NCBI GenBank assembly: GCA_950097015.1
Contig: CATNEN010000038.1
Location: 6,882,001-6,946,000, forward strand
Length of the DNA: 64,000 bases
Direction: 5' to 3'
Source: Macrostomum hystrix
Lineage: Eukaryota; Animalia; Platyhelminthes
Under the pieces are notes generated by a model that saw only the letters and a program-made list of their open reading frames with translations, ran no database searches and was not told the DNA's origin. Of this stretch, positions 25,300-38,138 are shown in pieces (the first letter of the stretch is position 1; the number at the start of each line of letters is the position of its first letter). A program made the translations under genes and the position numbers.

Positions 25300-26890
25300 C
25301 AAACTGCCGTGAGATTATGGATAAACTGCCATGAGATTATGGATAAACTGCCATGAGATTATGAATAAACTGCCATGAGATTATGGCTAAACTGCCATGA
25401 GATTATGGATAAACTGCCGTGAGATTATGGATAAACTGCCATGAGATTATGGCTAAACTGCCATGAGATTATGAATAAACTGCCATGAGATTATGGATAA
25501 AGTGCCATGAGATTATGGATAAACTGCCATGAGATTATGGCTAAACTGTCATGAGATTATGGATAAACTGCCATGAGATTATGGATAAACTGCCATGAGA
25601 TTATGGATAAAGTGCCATGAGATTATGGATAAACTGCCATGAGATTATGGATAAACTGCCATGAGATTATGGATAAAGTGCCATGAGATTATGGCTAAAC
25701 TGCCATTAGATTATGGATAAACTGCCATGAGATTATGGCTAAACTGTCATGAGATTATGGATAAACTGCCATGAGATTATGGATAAACTGTCATGAGATT
25801 ATGGATAAACTGCCATGAGATTATGGATAAACTGCCATGAGATTATGGATAAACTGCCATGAGATTATGGCTAAACTGTCATGAGATTATGGCTAAACTG
25901 CCATGAGATTATGGATAAACTGCCATGAGATTATGGATAAAGTGCCATGAGATTATGGCTAAACTGCCATTAGATTATGGATAAACTGCCATGAGATTAT
26001 GGCTAAACTGTCATGAGATTATGGATAAACTGCCATGAGATTATGGATAAACTGTCATGAGATTATGGATAAACTGCCATGAGATTATGGATAAACTGCC
26101 ATGAGATTATGGATAAACTGCCATGAGATTATGGATAAACTGTCATGAGATTATGGATAAACTGCCATGAGATTATGGATAAACTGCCATGAGATTATGG
26201 CTAAACTGCCATGAGATTATGGATAAAGTGCCATGAGATTATGGATAAACTGCCATGAGATTATGGCTAAACTGTCATGAGATTATGGATAAACTGCCAT
26301 GAGATTATGGATAAACTGCCATGAGATTATGGCTAAAGTGCCATGAGATTATGGATAAACTGCCATGAGATTATGGCTAAACTGTCATCAGATTATGGAT
26401 AAACTGCCATGAGATTATGGATAAACTGCCATGAGATTATGGATAAAGTGCCATGAGATTATGGATAAACTGCCATGAGATTATGGCTAAACTGTCATGA
26501 GATTATGGATAAACTGCCATGAGATTATGGATAAACTGTCATGAGATTATGGATAAACTGCCATGAGATTATGGCTAAACTGCCATGAGATTATGGATAA
26601 ACTGCCATGAGATTATGGATAAAGTGCCATGAGATTATGGCTAAACTGCCATGAGATTATGGATAAACTGCCATGAGATTATGGCTAAACTGCCATGAGA
26701 TTATGGATAAACTGTCATGAGATTATGGATAAACTGCCATGAGATTATGGATAAACTGCCATGAGATTATGGATAAACTACCATGAGATTATGGATAAAC
26801 TGCCATGAGATTAGGGATAAACTGCCATGAGATTAGGATAAAGTGCCATGAGATTATGGATAAATTGGCATGAGATTAGGATAAATTGAT
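25300..26890. repeat. 22-bp minisatellite (aaactgccatgagattatggat)
   Basis: About 70 near-identical units. Confidence 0.97.
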
Positions 26891-27239
26891 ATCAGATTAT
26901 AGTAAGTACTGATATTACTGTGATATTGTTTCGAAATTATTTAAAAGTGCAATCAGCTTTTCATATTAAGATTAGACTATAAGCATTGAGATGAGATCAC
27001 GAGTATTACGAGTGCATTAAGAAACTTTTTCTGCTTTTGGGACATGGGTGTCCACTTATTTGACACGGGTGTCCCTGTTTTACATGGTTGTCCACTGCTA
27101 CTCGTAGATTCAAGATATTTTAAGGCTATCAAAACTACTTCACGCGAGTACGAGTAGTATCTTTCAAACCATTAGCAAAAAATTAACAAACTTCCTATAA
27201 AGAGCGACCTATAAAGAGGATTACAAGCAACAAAGTCAA

Positions 27240-30200
27240 AAGCATCTGCTAGATAAAAGTATCAGCTGTTAGATAAAAGTATCAGCTGTTAGATAAAAGT
27301 GTCAGCTGTTAGATAAAAGTGTCAGCTGCTAGATAAAAGTGTCAGCTGTTAGATAAATGTGTCAGCTGTTAGATAAAAGTGTCAGCTGTTAGATAAAAAT
27401 GTCAGCTGTTAGATAAAAGTATCAGCTGTTAGATAAAAGTGTCAGCTGTTAGATAAAAGTGTCAGCTGTTAGATAAAAGTATCAGCTGTTAGATAAAAGT
27501 GTCAGCTGTTAGATAAAAGTGTCAGCTGCTAGATAAAAGTGTCAGCTGTTAGATAAATGTGTCAGCTGTTAGATAAAAGTGTCAGCTGTTAGATAAAATG
27601 TCAGCTGTTAGATAAAAGTATCAGCTGTTAGATAAAAGTGTCAGCTGTTAGATAAAAGTGTCAGCTGTTAGATAAAAGTATCAGCTGTTAGATAAAAGTG
27701 TCAGCTGCTAGATAAAAGTGTCAGCAGCTAGACGAAAGTGTCAGCTGCTAGATAAAAGTGTCAGCTGTTTGACGAAAGTGTCAGCTGTTAGATAAAAGTT
27801 TCAGCTGTTAGACAAAAGTGACTGCTGCTAGAAACATAAGTATCAGCTATCATATAAAATTGTCAGCTGTTAGATAAAAGTGTCAGCTGCTAGATAAAAG
27901 TGTCAGCTGTTAGATAAGAGTGTCAGCTGCTAGATAAGAGTGTCAGCTGCTAGATAAAAGTGTCAGCTGCTAGATAAAAGTGTCAGCTGTTAGATAAGAG
28001 TGTCAGCTGCTAGATAAAAGTGTCAGCTGTTAGATAAAAGTGTCAGCTGTTAGATAAAAGTGTCAGCTGTTAGATAAAAGTGTCAGCTGTTAGATAAAAG
28101 TGTCAGCTGTTAGATAAAAGTGTCAGTTGTTAGATAAAAGTATCAGCTGTTAGATAAAAGTGTCAGCTGTTAGATAAAAGTGTCAGCTGTTAGATAAAAG
28201 TATCAGCTGTTAGATAAAAGTGTCAGCTGTTAGATAAAAGTATCAGCTGTTAGATAAAAGTGTCAGCTGTTAGATAAAAGTGTCAGCTGTTAGATAAAAG
28301 TGTCAGCTGTTAGATAAAAGTATCAGCTGTTAGATAAAAGTGTCAGCTGCTAGATAAAAGTGTCAGCAGCTAGACGAAAGTGTCAGCTGCTAGATAAAAG
28401 TGTCAGCTGTTTGACGAAAGTGTCAGCTGTTAGATAAAAGTTTCAGCTGTTAGACAAAAGTGACTGCTGCTAGAAACATAAGTATCAGCTATCATATAAA
28501 ATTGTCAGCTGTTAGATAAAAGTGTCAGCTGCTAGATAAAAGTGTCAGCTGTTAGATAAGAGTGTCAGCTGCTAGATAAGAGTGTCAGCTGCTAGATAAA
28601 AGTGTCAGCTGCTAGATAAAAGTGTCAGCTGTTAGATAAGAGTGTCTGCTGCTAGATAAAAGTGTCAGCTGTTAGATAAAAGTGTCAGCTGTTAGATAAA
28701 AGTGTCAGCTGTTAGATAAAAGTGTCAGCTGTTAGATAAAAGTGTCAGCTGTTAGATAAAAGTGTCAGTTGTTAGATAAAAGTATCAGCTGTTAGATAAA
28801 AGTGTCAGCTGTTAGATAAAAGTGTCAGCTGCTAGATAAAAGTATCAGCTGTTAGACAAAAGTGACTGCTGCTAGATACATAAGTATCAGCTGTTAGATA
28901 AAAGTTTCAGCTGTTAGATAAAAGTGTCAGCTGTTAGATAAAAGTATCAGCTGTTAGATAAAAGTATCAGCTGTTAGACAAAAGTGACTGCTGCTAGATA
29001 CATAAGTATCAGCTGTTAGATAAAAGTTTCAGCTGTTAGATAAAAGTGTCAGCTGTTAGATAAAAGTATCAGCTGTTAGATAAAAGTGTCAGCTGTTAGA
29101 TAAAAGTGTCAGCTGTTAGATAAAAGTATCAGCTGTTAGATAAAAGTGTCAGCTGTTAGATAAAAGTATCAGCTGTTAGATAAAAGTGTCAGCTGTTAGA
29201 TAAAAGTATTTGCTGTTAGATAAAAGTGTCAGCTGCTAGATAAAAGTGTCAGCTGTTAGACAAAAGTGTCAGCTGTTAGATAAAAGTATTAGCTGTTAGA
29301 CAAAAGTGACTGCTGCTAGATAAAAGTGTCAGCTGTTAGACAAAAGTGACTGCTGCTAGAAACATAAGTATCAGCTATCATATACAATTGTCAGCTGTTA
29401 GATAAAAGTGTCAGCTGTTAGATAAAAGTGTCAGCTGTTAGATAAAAGTATTTGCTGTTAGACAAAAGTGACTGCTGCTAGACAAAAGTATCAGCTGTTA
29501 GACAAAAGTGACTGCTGCTAGATACATAAGTATCAGCTGTTAGATAAAAGTTTCAGCTGTTAGATAAAAGTGTCAGCTGTTAGATAAAAGTATCAGCTGT
29601 TAGATAAAAGTTTCAGCTGTTAGATAAAAGTGTCAGCTGTTAGATAAAAGTGTCAGCTGTTAGATAAAAGTGTCAGCTGTTAGATAAAAGTGTCAGTTGT
29701 TAGATAAAAGTATCAGCTGTTAGATAAAAGTGTCAGCTGTTAGATAAAAGTATCAGCTGTTAGATAAAAGTGTCAGCTGTTAGATAAAAGTGTCAGCTGT
29801 TAGATAAAAGTATCAGCTGTTAGATAAAAGTGTCAGCTGTTAGATAAAAGTATTAGCTGTTAGATAAAAGTGTCAGCTGTTAGATAAAAGTATTTGCTGT
29901 TAGATAAAAGTGTCAGCTGCTAGATAAAAGTGTCAGCTGTTAGACAAAAGTGTCAGCTGTTAGATAAAAGTATTAGCTGTTAGACAAAAGTGACTGCTGC
30001 TAGATAAAAGTGTCAGCTGTTAGACAAAAGTGACTGCTGCTAGAAACATAAGTATCAGCTATCATATACAATTGTCAGCTGTTAGATAAAAGTGTCAGCT
30101 GTTAGATAAAAGTGTCAGCTGTTAGATAAAAGTATTTGCTGTTAGACAAAAGTGACTGCTGCTAGATAAAAGTATCAGCTGTTAGACAAAAGTGACTGCT

Positions 30201-31215
30201 GCTAGATACATAAGTATCAGCTGTTAGATAAAAGTTTCAGCTGTTAGATAAAAGTGTCAGCTGTTAGATAAAAGTATCAGCTGTTAGATAAAAGTTTCAG
30301 CTGTTAGATAAAAGTGTCAGCTGTTAGATAAAAGTGTCAGCTGTTAGATAAAAGTGTCAGCTGTTAGATAAAAGTGTCAGTTGTTAGATAAAAGTATCAG
30401 CTGTTAGATAAAAGTGTCAGCTGTTAGATAAAAGTATCAGCTGTTAGATAAAAGTATCAGCTGTTAGACAAAAGTGACTGCTGCTAGATACATAAGTATC
30501 AGCTGTTAGATAAAAGTATCAGCTGTTAGACAAAAGTGACTGCTGCTAGATACATAAGTATCAGCTGTTAGATAAAAGTTTCAGCTGTTAGATAAAAGTG
30601 TCAGCTGTTAGATAAAAGTATCAGCTGTTAGATAAAAGTTTCAGCTGTTAGATAAAAGTGTCAGCTGTTAGATAAAAGTATCAGCTGTTAGATAAAAGTT
30701 TCAGCTGTTAGATAAAAGTGTCAGCTGTTAGATAAAAGTATCAGCTGTTAGATAAAAGTATCAGCTGTTAGATAAAAGTTTCAGCTGTTAGATAAAAGTG
30801 TCAGCTGTTAGATAAAAGTGTCAGCTGTTAGATAAAAGTGTCAGCTGTTAGATAAAAGTATCAGCTGTTAGATAAAAGTTTCAGCTGTTAGATAAAAGTG
30901 TCAGCTGTTAGATAAAAGTATCAGCTGTTAGATAAAAGTATCAGCTGTTAGATAAAAGTTTCAGCTGTTAGATAAAAGTATCAGCTGTTAGATAAAAGTA
31001 TCAGCTGTTAGATAAAAGTTTCAGCTGTTAGATAAAAGTATCAGCTGTTAGATAAAAGTTTCAGCTGTTAGATAAAAGTTTCAGCTGTTAGATAAAAGTG
31101 TCAGCTGTTAGATAAAAGTATCAGCTGTTAGATAAAAGTATCAGCTGTTAGATAAAAGTTTCAGCTGTTAGATAAAATTGTCAGCTGTTAGATAAAAGTG
31201 TCAGCTGTTAGATAT
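27240..31215. repeat. 20-bp satellite (tcagctgttagataaaagtg), ~4 kb
   Basis: About 200 units, with recurring variant blocks indicating higher-order structure. Confidence 0.97.
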
Positions 31216-32087
31216 ATGCGTATTAGCCTTAATCTTACAGCAATGAATTACAGTTAATAATTCCAAAATTGCGAGATTTGTACTAATATTTATTACTAAT
31301 ATGTTCAGATACTACCTGAGAGATACCAATCTACTTCTATTGCAATAAATAATAGCAATAAAATGCTTGAACTTCCTGCGAACTGTGCTTGCTTCAGTAC
31401 ATTCAAGCTACCCTCGAAACTTGCTGCCTAATAGGCGGATAGAAAAATACAGGTTGAAGCTCGCATGACAGTTTTAGTACAGTGCTATCGTCAGCCTCGG
31501 ACAGCCCAAGTCTTCTAGACTGCTGGAGATGGCTTGAGCAAATAGGCAGCTTGGAAACTTTGTTACCTTGGCCACAAACTTCGCGTAGTGGGGTCGGCTG
31601 CGTAGGCTGCCATACCTGCGAGCTTGCCACCTCCAGCCTTTGGCAATGCCTCTTTGTGTGTGGGGGGAGCCTCTGCAAGCCTTTTCCGCTGGGCCCTAGG
31701 ACCGGCACCTTGGAGACGAGAAATGTGGCGCGCCCCTGCCAGTACAATGTATGGACTCCGCCCCCTCCTGCTGCTGCACATCGCGCTGCCGCGGTGTCAC
31801 CGACCGACAGTTTTTGTGTCTGTTCGATGTTTAGTCATTGCGCGGCCGGTTGTTGATGCGGAAAGGAGAGAGGCTGTGGGCGGCGGGGAGAGAAAAGCCT
31901 GTCTCACTGGCATTGTCCGGTCCCTTCAACCGAGCTTGAGAAGGTGTGCAAGTGTGTGTGTGTGTGTGTGTGGGTGCGGCTGCCAGCACGGGCCAAGCAA
32001 GTGACCGACCAGTATTAAAGCTCGCCCACCACTTGGAGTAAGAGCCGCACAGTTCCTGTGTCCGATCCTGAGCACTTGCAGCCTTGA

Positions 32088-32845
<758 letters not shown>

Positions 32846-33245
32846 GCGGCAGCTTGAAGCAGTTCCAGACATTCGTTTTGCTTCTAATTCGCTACGAACT
32901 AATTGTTTGAATTATTCTAACACTCATGTCTTCAAGCCCTAATCAGCTGTTTTAACTCTTCCAGTTGTGGCAGCAGCCATGGTCAGTTTTTGCTTATTTA
33001 CTAAAAAATATATTTTACACGTATTAGCCGTCACAATAACTACTAATACGTTAAGTTTTAAGCTGTACTGCTGAGCTCACTCCAGTCGTTGTGATTTATT
33101 TCTGGTGGAGACAGAACTTCCGGACAAAAATTACACAAAGCACTTGACAGCAGATTGATTCGAACTCCCGTCCTCTCGGTCGAAATTTGGAACCCAAATG
33201 ATCAGAAAGTCGATGATTATGACCATTTTCATAATTGTCGTGCAG

Positions 33246-33545
33246 GAGTACATCGAGGAGGTGGACCCGGAGCTGACCGGAGTGCTGGAGCAGGCCACCT
33301 TCATGCGCCTCATGGCCGACAAGATGAAGCCGCGAGACACCGAGGAGGCTGTCATCGAGGCGTTTCGAGTGTTCGACAAGCAGAGCACCGGCCTCGTGTC
33401 CGCGTCCGAGCTGCGGAACCAGCTTACCCAGCTGGGCGAGCGACTCACCGACGAGGAGGTCGACGCCCTAATTAAGGAGGCCGATTGCGACGGCGAGGGC
33501 CAAATTAAATACGAGGAATTTGTCAGGTCAATCATCAATCAGTAG
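33246..33545 (+). CDS. Calmodulin-like terminal exon (CALML4-like, degenerate EF loops) with no recognisable coding first exon of its own
   Basis: Acceptor gtgcag|GAG at the same codon position as CaM exon 2, same 300-nt length; [12 protein letters not shown]...[54 protein letters not shown]. Confidence 0.85.
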   Translation, partial: EYIEEVDPELTGVLEQATFMRLMADKMKPRDTEEAVIEAFRVFDKQSTGLVSASELRNQLTQLGERLTDEEVDALIKEADCDGEGQIKYEEFVRSIINQ

Positions 33546-33735
33546 TGCATGGGCAGTGCTCAGTAAACTATCTCGTGTATATTAAAAAATAGTTTTTTTG
33601 TTTGCTTATTAATTAACTAATAAACAGAAAAAACTTGAAATTTTCAATTTGCATTGTGGCTTTCTAAGGTTGTATGAGCTAATTTATTGATCATTCTATA
33701 GTGGGCCATACATCTGAAGGCTGCATAAGGCTATT

Positions 33736-33917
33736 CAGTCCATGGACTGGGAAGATGCCACACCCACTCTCACCCACAGCTGGGTGAACTGAAGCAATGC
33801 AAAGTTAAGTGTCTTGCTAAAGAACACAAATTGTTCCAGTGAAGTCGAGAATCGAACCCCCGACCTTTCATGAGTCCAAGTCATGAGTCCGACGCACTAA
33901 CTACTAGGCTACAACCC
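33736..33917 (-). mobile_element. tRNA-derived SINE copy
   Basis: Reverse complement ggttgtagcctagtagttagtgcgtcggactc...ggttcgattctcgac...tgtgttctttagcaagacacttaac...gcttcagttcacccagctgt matches the 16356 copy. Confidence 0.8.
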
Positions 33918-33944
33918 AGCACCAACGCGTATTAGCCTAACTAA

Positions 33945-34650
33945 GGGTGGCTAGGGTGGGAGTGGGGTGGCTGGGTTGGGACAGGGGTGGCTATAGGGTG
34001 AGAGATGGGGGCTTGGCGGGGAGTGGGTGGCTGGGTTGGGACAGGGGTGGCTATAGGGTGAGAGATGGGGGCTTGGCGGGGAGTGGTTGGCTGGGTTGGG
34101 ACAGGGGTGGCTATAGGGTGAGAGATGGGGGCTTGGCGGGGAGTGGGTGGCTGGGTTGGGACAGGGGTGGCTATAGGGTGAGAGATGGGGGCTTGGCGGG
34201 GAGTGGGTGGCTGGGTTGGGACAGGGGTGGCTATAGGGTGAGAGATGGGGGCTTGGCGGGGAGTGGTTGGCTGGGTTGGGACAGGGGTGGCTATAGGGTG
34301 AGAGATGGGGGCTTGGCGGGGAGTGGTTGGCTGGGTTGGGACAGGGGTGGCTATAGGGTGAGAGATGGGGGCTTGGCGGGGAGTGGTTGGCTGGGTTGGG
34401 ACAGGGGTGGCTATAGGGTGAGAGATGGGGGCTTGGCGGGGAGTGGTTGGCTGGGTTGGGACAGGGGTGGCTATAGGGTGAGAGATGGGGGCTTGGCGGG
34501 GAGTGGGTGGCTGGGTTGGGACAGGGGTGGCTATAGGGTGAGAGATGGGGGCTTGGCGGGGAGTAGGTGGCTGGGTTGGGACAGGGGTGGCTATAGGGTG
34601 AGAGATGGGGGCTTGACAGGGATTGGGGTGGCTAGGTTGGGAGAGGGGTG
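33945..34650 (+). repeat. 60-bp G-rich minisatellite (~11 copies)
   Basis: Unit gagtgggtggctgggttgggacaggggtggctatagggtgagagatgggggcttggcggg. Confidence 0.97.
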
Positions 34651-34770
34651 GGTGAGATGCATGGAGGAAAGAATAGAATGGAGTGCCAATCTGAGCCGGT
34701 TATTTTTGTTTCGCTCGATCTTCCTTATTAACATCCCGTTCCCCCCCGTTCCTTCCTATTGGCTCGTGAC

Positions 34771-35958
34771 TGCCATAGACGAACTAGTTTTCTTCCCCCT
34801 CTGAAAGTAATATCCTTGCGTATTTAGAGCGTACATCAAAATATGCTTTTCAGAGTATTAGTTTCTAGTTTAGCTCAGCTAAGCTGAGCTGCCCTTCGCT
34901 GCCAGAATCGCATGCATTTTAGTTCCCTTAGTTTTATACTTTTCCGTCATGCCTAATGGTTCGCCGCCCGGTGCTGTCCTGTGCGAAAAACACTTGATAG
35001 CTCTGACATCGTCATCATGCAATTACAAGGGGCTCAGTCTCCTGGTAAGAGCCGAAAGCGACTCAGATCAAACTCTGTGCCCAAGCCGAGATTTCGAGCT
35101 GACAACCAGTTGGATGCTTCAACCTCAGAGGAGTCACATCATCCAATGACGAATCAGAATCGTAAGGAATCAATGGCAAGTCGGGTAGAGCAGAAGCTGA
35201 CTCAAAAGAATGTAAGTTTGCAAAAGCTGAAAAGCAAGCTGTGTCGCTCGCAGGCCAGCTCTATAGCTCTACGTATGTGCTATTCGCGGAAGTTAAAGCA
35301 CTATCGTAGGCAGCTGTCAAAAAATACTCTTCGACTGCATAGAGCTTTGGTTGAGCTTAAAAAGGTGAAGAAGCACTTAAAGTTATCCAGCGAGGCCACC
35401 GATCTCGTGCGGTCCTTTTTTACGGATAGTGGGATGCTTCTGCTGAAAGAGAGCACTAGAAATATTTGTGGCTCATTCTCGGAACCAATCAGAAAGTTTG
35501 CATCTCAATTGCATTACTGTTCGCCGAAGGCTTACTCTATCATCAGGCGGTTTATTAGACTACCCGCTCCATCAACCATGAGAAACTGGCTGAGTAACGA
35601 TGACGGAAATTTTTCTTCCCTTTGGCTGTCCCTTTTGCTATTTTCTTCACATATTGTTTTCGTTGTACGGAACGACTTTTGTATATACACTGTAAAATAT
35701 ACCGTATCTGCACCGTATTGTATCTGCAGCTCATTGACAGGATTTAGATTAAATCTTATGACTTGACCTAATGACGCTACTTCCAGTAATATCTCTTTTC
35801 TCGGCAGTTTTTTTCAACGAAAGAGCCTCACGGTATTTGGTCTGTGATTCCATAATAATTCGTAACACGACTGCTTAGTATTATATTACATATTGCATAG
35901 TTTCTAGTGATTGAGTTTGTCCCGACTTTTCGGGTTATAAATAGAGATGTCTATGGCA
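34771..35958 (+). mobile_element. THAP9/P-element-like transposon remnant
   Basis: AVLCEKH (THAP C-x2-H fragment) in one frame; FSEPIRKFASQLHYCSPKAYSIIRRFIRLPAPSTMRNWLS (P-transposase N-terminal motif) in another, then truncated. Flanked by a 10-bp inverted repeat tgccatagac / gtctatggca; no TSD seen. Confidence 0.72.
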
Positions 35959-35990
35959 AATTCGACAGCTTCTAGTTAGGTCGAAGTGCA

Positions 35991-36063
35991 GTCCGGAAAA
36001 ATTGCCAACGAGGAGCGAAGCGAGCGAAGCGAGCGTAGCTCCTCGTTGGCAATTTTTTCGGAC
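35991..36063. repeat. 26-bp inverted repeat (1 mismatch) around a (gcgaagcga) loop
   Basis: gtccggaaaaattgccaacgaggagc ... gctcctcgttggcaattttttcggac. Confidence 0.9.
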
Positions 36064-36477
36064 AAACGAGACCGAGATAAGATGTCCCGGAGACTCCCCC
36101 AACGTAAAATCAACGTTTTAGAAAATAAAATTGATGCAGAATTAAAACCACTTGAGATGAAACCATGTGTGACCCCTCTATGGACGTAAAACATTTAGGG
36201 CTACAAGATGAGTGACGTGAAAGTTCCATAGCAACGCGTCTTGGTTGCCATGGCAACAAAAAAGTGACTTTTTTTAGACCCATCGAAATCTTGAATCTTA
36301 AAAAATAAGGATTCACAATATGGAGTCAAAAATTGATTGAACCCAACTTTTGGTTGGGTTTTTAGACCTTCAAGACACTGATTGGTTATTTTCCGCTAAA
36401 TGCTTACCTTGATAGGTAATTCTGTAAAAGTGTGTTTTTTAAGTGTCAAAAAATGCACATTTTTTTTAACTTTCAAC

Positions 36478-36525
36478 TGACGCAGCTCAAAGGTCGCGCG
36501 TCAGCGCGACCTTTGAGCTGCGTCA
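36478..36525. repeat. Perfect 22-bp hairpin with 4-nt loop
   Basis: tgacgcagctcaaaggtcgcgc-gtca-gcgcgacctttgagctgcgtca. Confidence 0.92.
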
Positions 36526-37074
36526 TTCTAACGATGGCACCTGGGACTCTTACATGACGCACGACTTTAACCAAGATACTCACTTTAACTGTACATTCGC
36601 ACCTGTTAATTACATTCGAATATTCGACGGGTAGGTATTCGAACCGAAATAAAGGAAATTCAACCTTGTTGCGAGGCTCTAAAAAGTACATGAATGCGGT
36701 CATTTAGGTAAGATCTACATGTTTATAATACATTTTGAGCCGTTTCGTTCCACTGACTCTGAGCCATACACTGCTAAAGTCGATAAACGTGATTTAGGCT
36801 ATTTTTATGCATTTTTCATGATACAAATGTACAAAAAATAAGCAACGACGACATGCTAGGAAAATCAGACTTTTTAGGCAAGGTGCACAACTAAATTTCG
36901 CACAATATGTATATCTTGAAATTTCGTCTTAGTTTATTGAAGTCGCTGCCGGTACAGAAATGTACTTTAACGACGGTACGGGGGGCTTGCATATCGAACA
37001 TACTTTTTAGCCTGTAACTTTTGAACGGATTACCGGAGCGCGACGCACTTGGTGTCATTGAACTACATTTTAGA

Positions 37075-38138
37075 TGTACTTTAATTTGAATGTATGTTCG
37101 CTGTCATTGCACGATGCGTTGTACACCTCAGGACAGGTCACGTGACTTGCTGGAAATGAAATAATGACTTTGTACCTATACTAAGGATAGGTGAAGCGTA
37201 AGAATGAGCCAAAATTTGTACTTATTAGAAACATCTAGATGACTACTGTCAGAAAAAATGATATTCACGTCTGTCAGTTGCAAAATTTTGTTATAATTGA
37301 CTTTTAAAATCGAAAAACGTGATTTTGTGCAAAAACAACCCATATGAGCACACATAGGGTGAAAAATTTATTGATTTTCGCTATGAGGTTCTTAGCTTCC
37401 AAGAGCACTATTGTGCCCAGTAAACACGTACAGATGACTGCTATCTTCGTTAGTGTGCGAAAATTCGTATTTTTACGCTAATAACATTTACCGAATTACG
37501 AGGTTCCGGTGTTATGCGTTTTTTTGCTATATTTCACGCTGCCATTTATTAACGATGCTACGCCAGGCCTTCAGTGTGGTGTCAATAGTTAGCATTTAAA
37601 AAGTGCTTTAATTTGAGTGTATGTTCGCTGGCATTGCACGATGCGTTGTACACCTCAGGCCAGGTCACGTGACTTGCTGGAAATGAAATAATGACTTTGT
37701 ACCTATACTAAGGATAGGTGAAGCATAAGAATGACCCATATTAGTACTTATTAGAAACATCTAGATGACTACTCTCAGAAAAAGTGACATTCACGTCTGT
37801 CAGTTGCAAAAAAAATTTTTAATTGACTCTCAAAATCGGAAAACGTGATTTTGTGCAAAAACAACCCATTTGAGCACTACATAGGGCGGAAAATATATTA
37901 ATTTTCGCTATGAGGTTCTTAGCTTCCAAGAGCACTATTGTGCCCAGTAAACACGTACAGATGACTGCCATCTTCGTTAGTGTGCGAAAATTCGTATTTT
38001 GACGCTATTAACATTTTACCGAATTACGAGGTTCCGGTACTATGCGTTTTTTGCTATATTTCACGCTGCCATTTATTAACGATGCTATGCCAGGCCTTCA
38101 GTGTGGTGTCAATAAATAGCATTTAGCAAGTGCTTTAA
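37075..38138. repeat. ~527-bp tandem duplication (2 copies)
   Basis: tttaatttga.tgtatgttcgctg at 37080 and 37607, collinear throughout. Confidence 0.9.

Noticed and set aside
31403-32004. Overlapping ORFs upstream of calmodulin
   Set aside because: GC-richer and possibly a decayed coding relic, but with non-ATG or weak starts and no recognisable domain.
33947-34804. 285-aa Gly/Trp/Arg-rich ORF
   Set aside because: It is a stop-free translation of the 60-bp G-rich minisatellite with a GTG start.
37075-38138. Retrozyme/Penelope-type repeats with hammerhead ribozymes
   Set aside because: No CTGANGA...GAAA core with flanking stems was found by eye on either strand.
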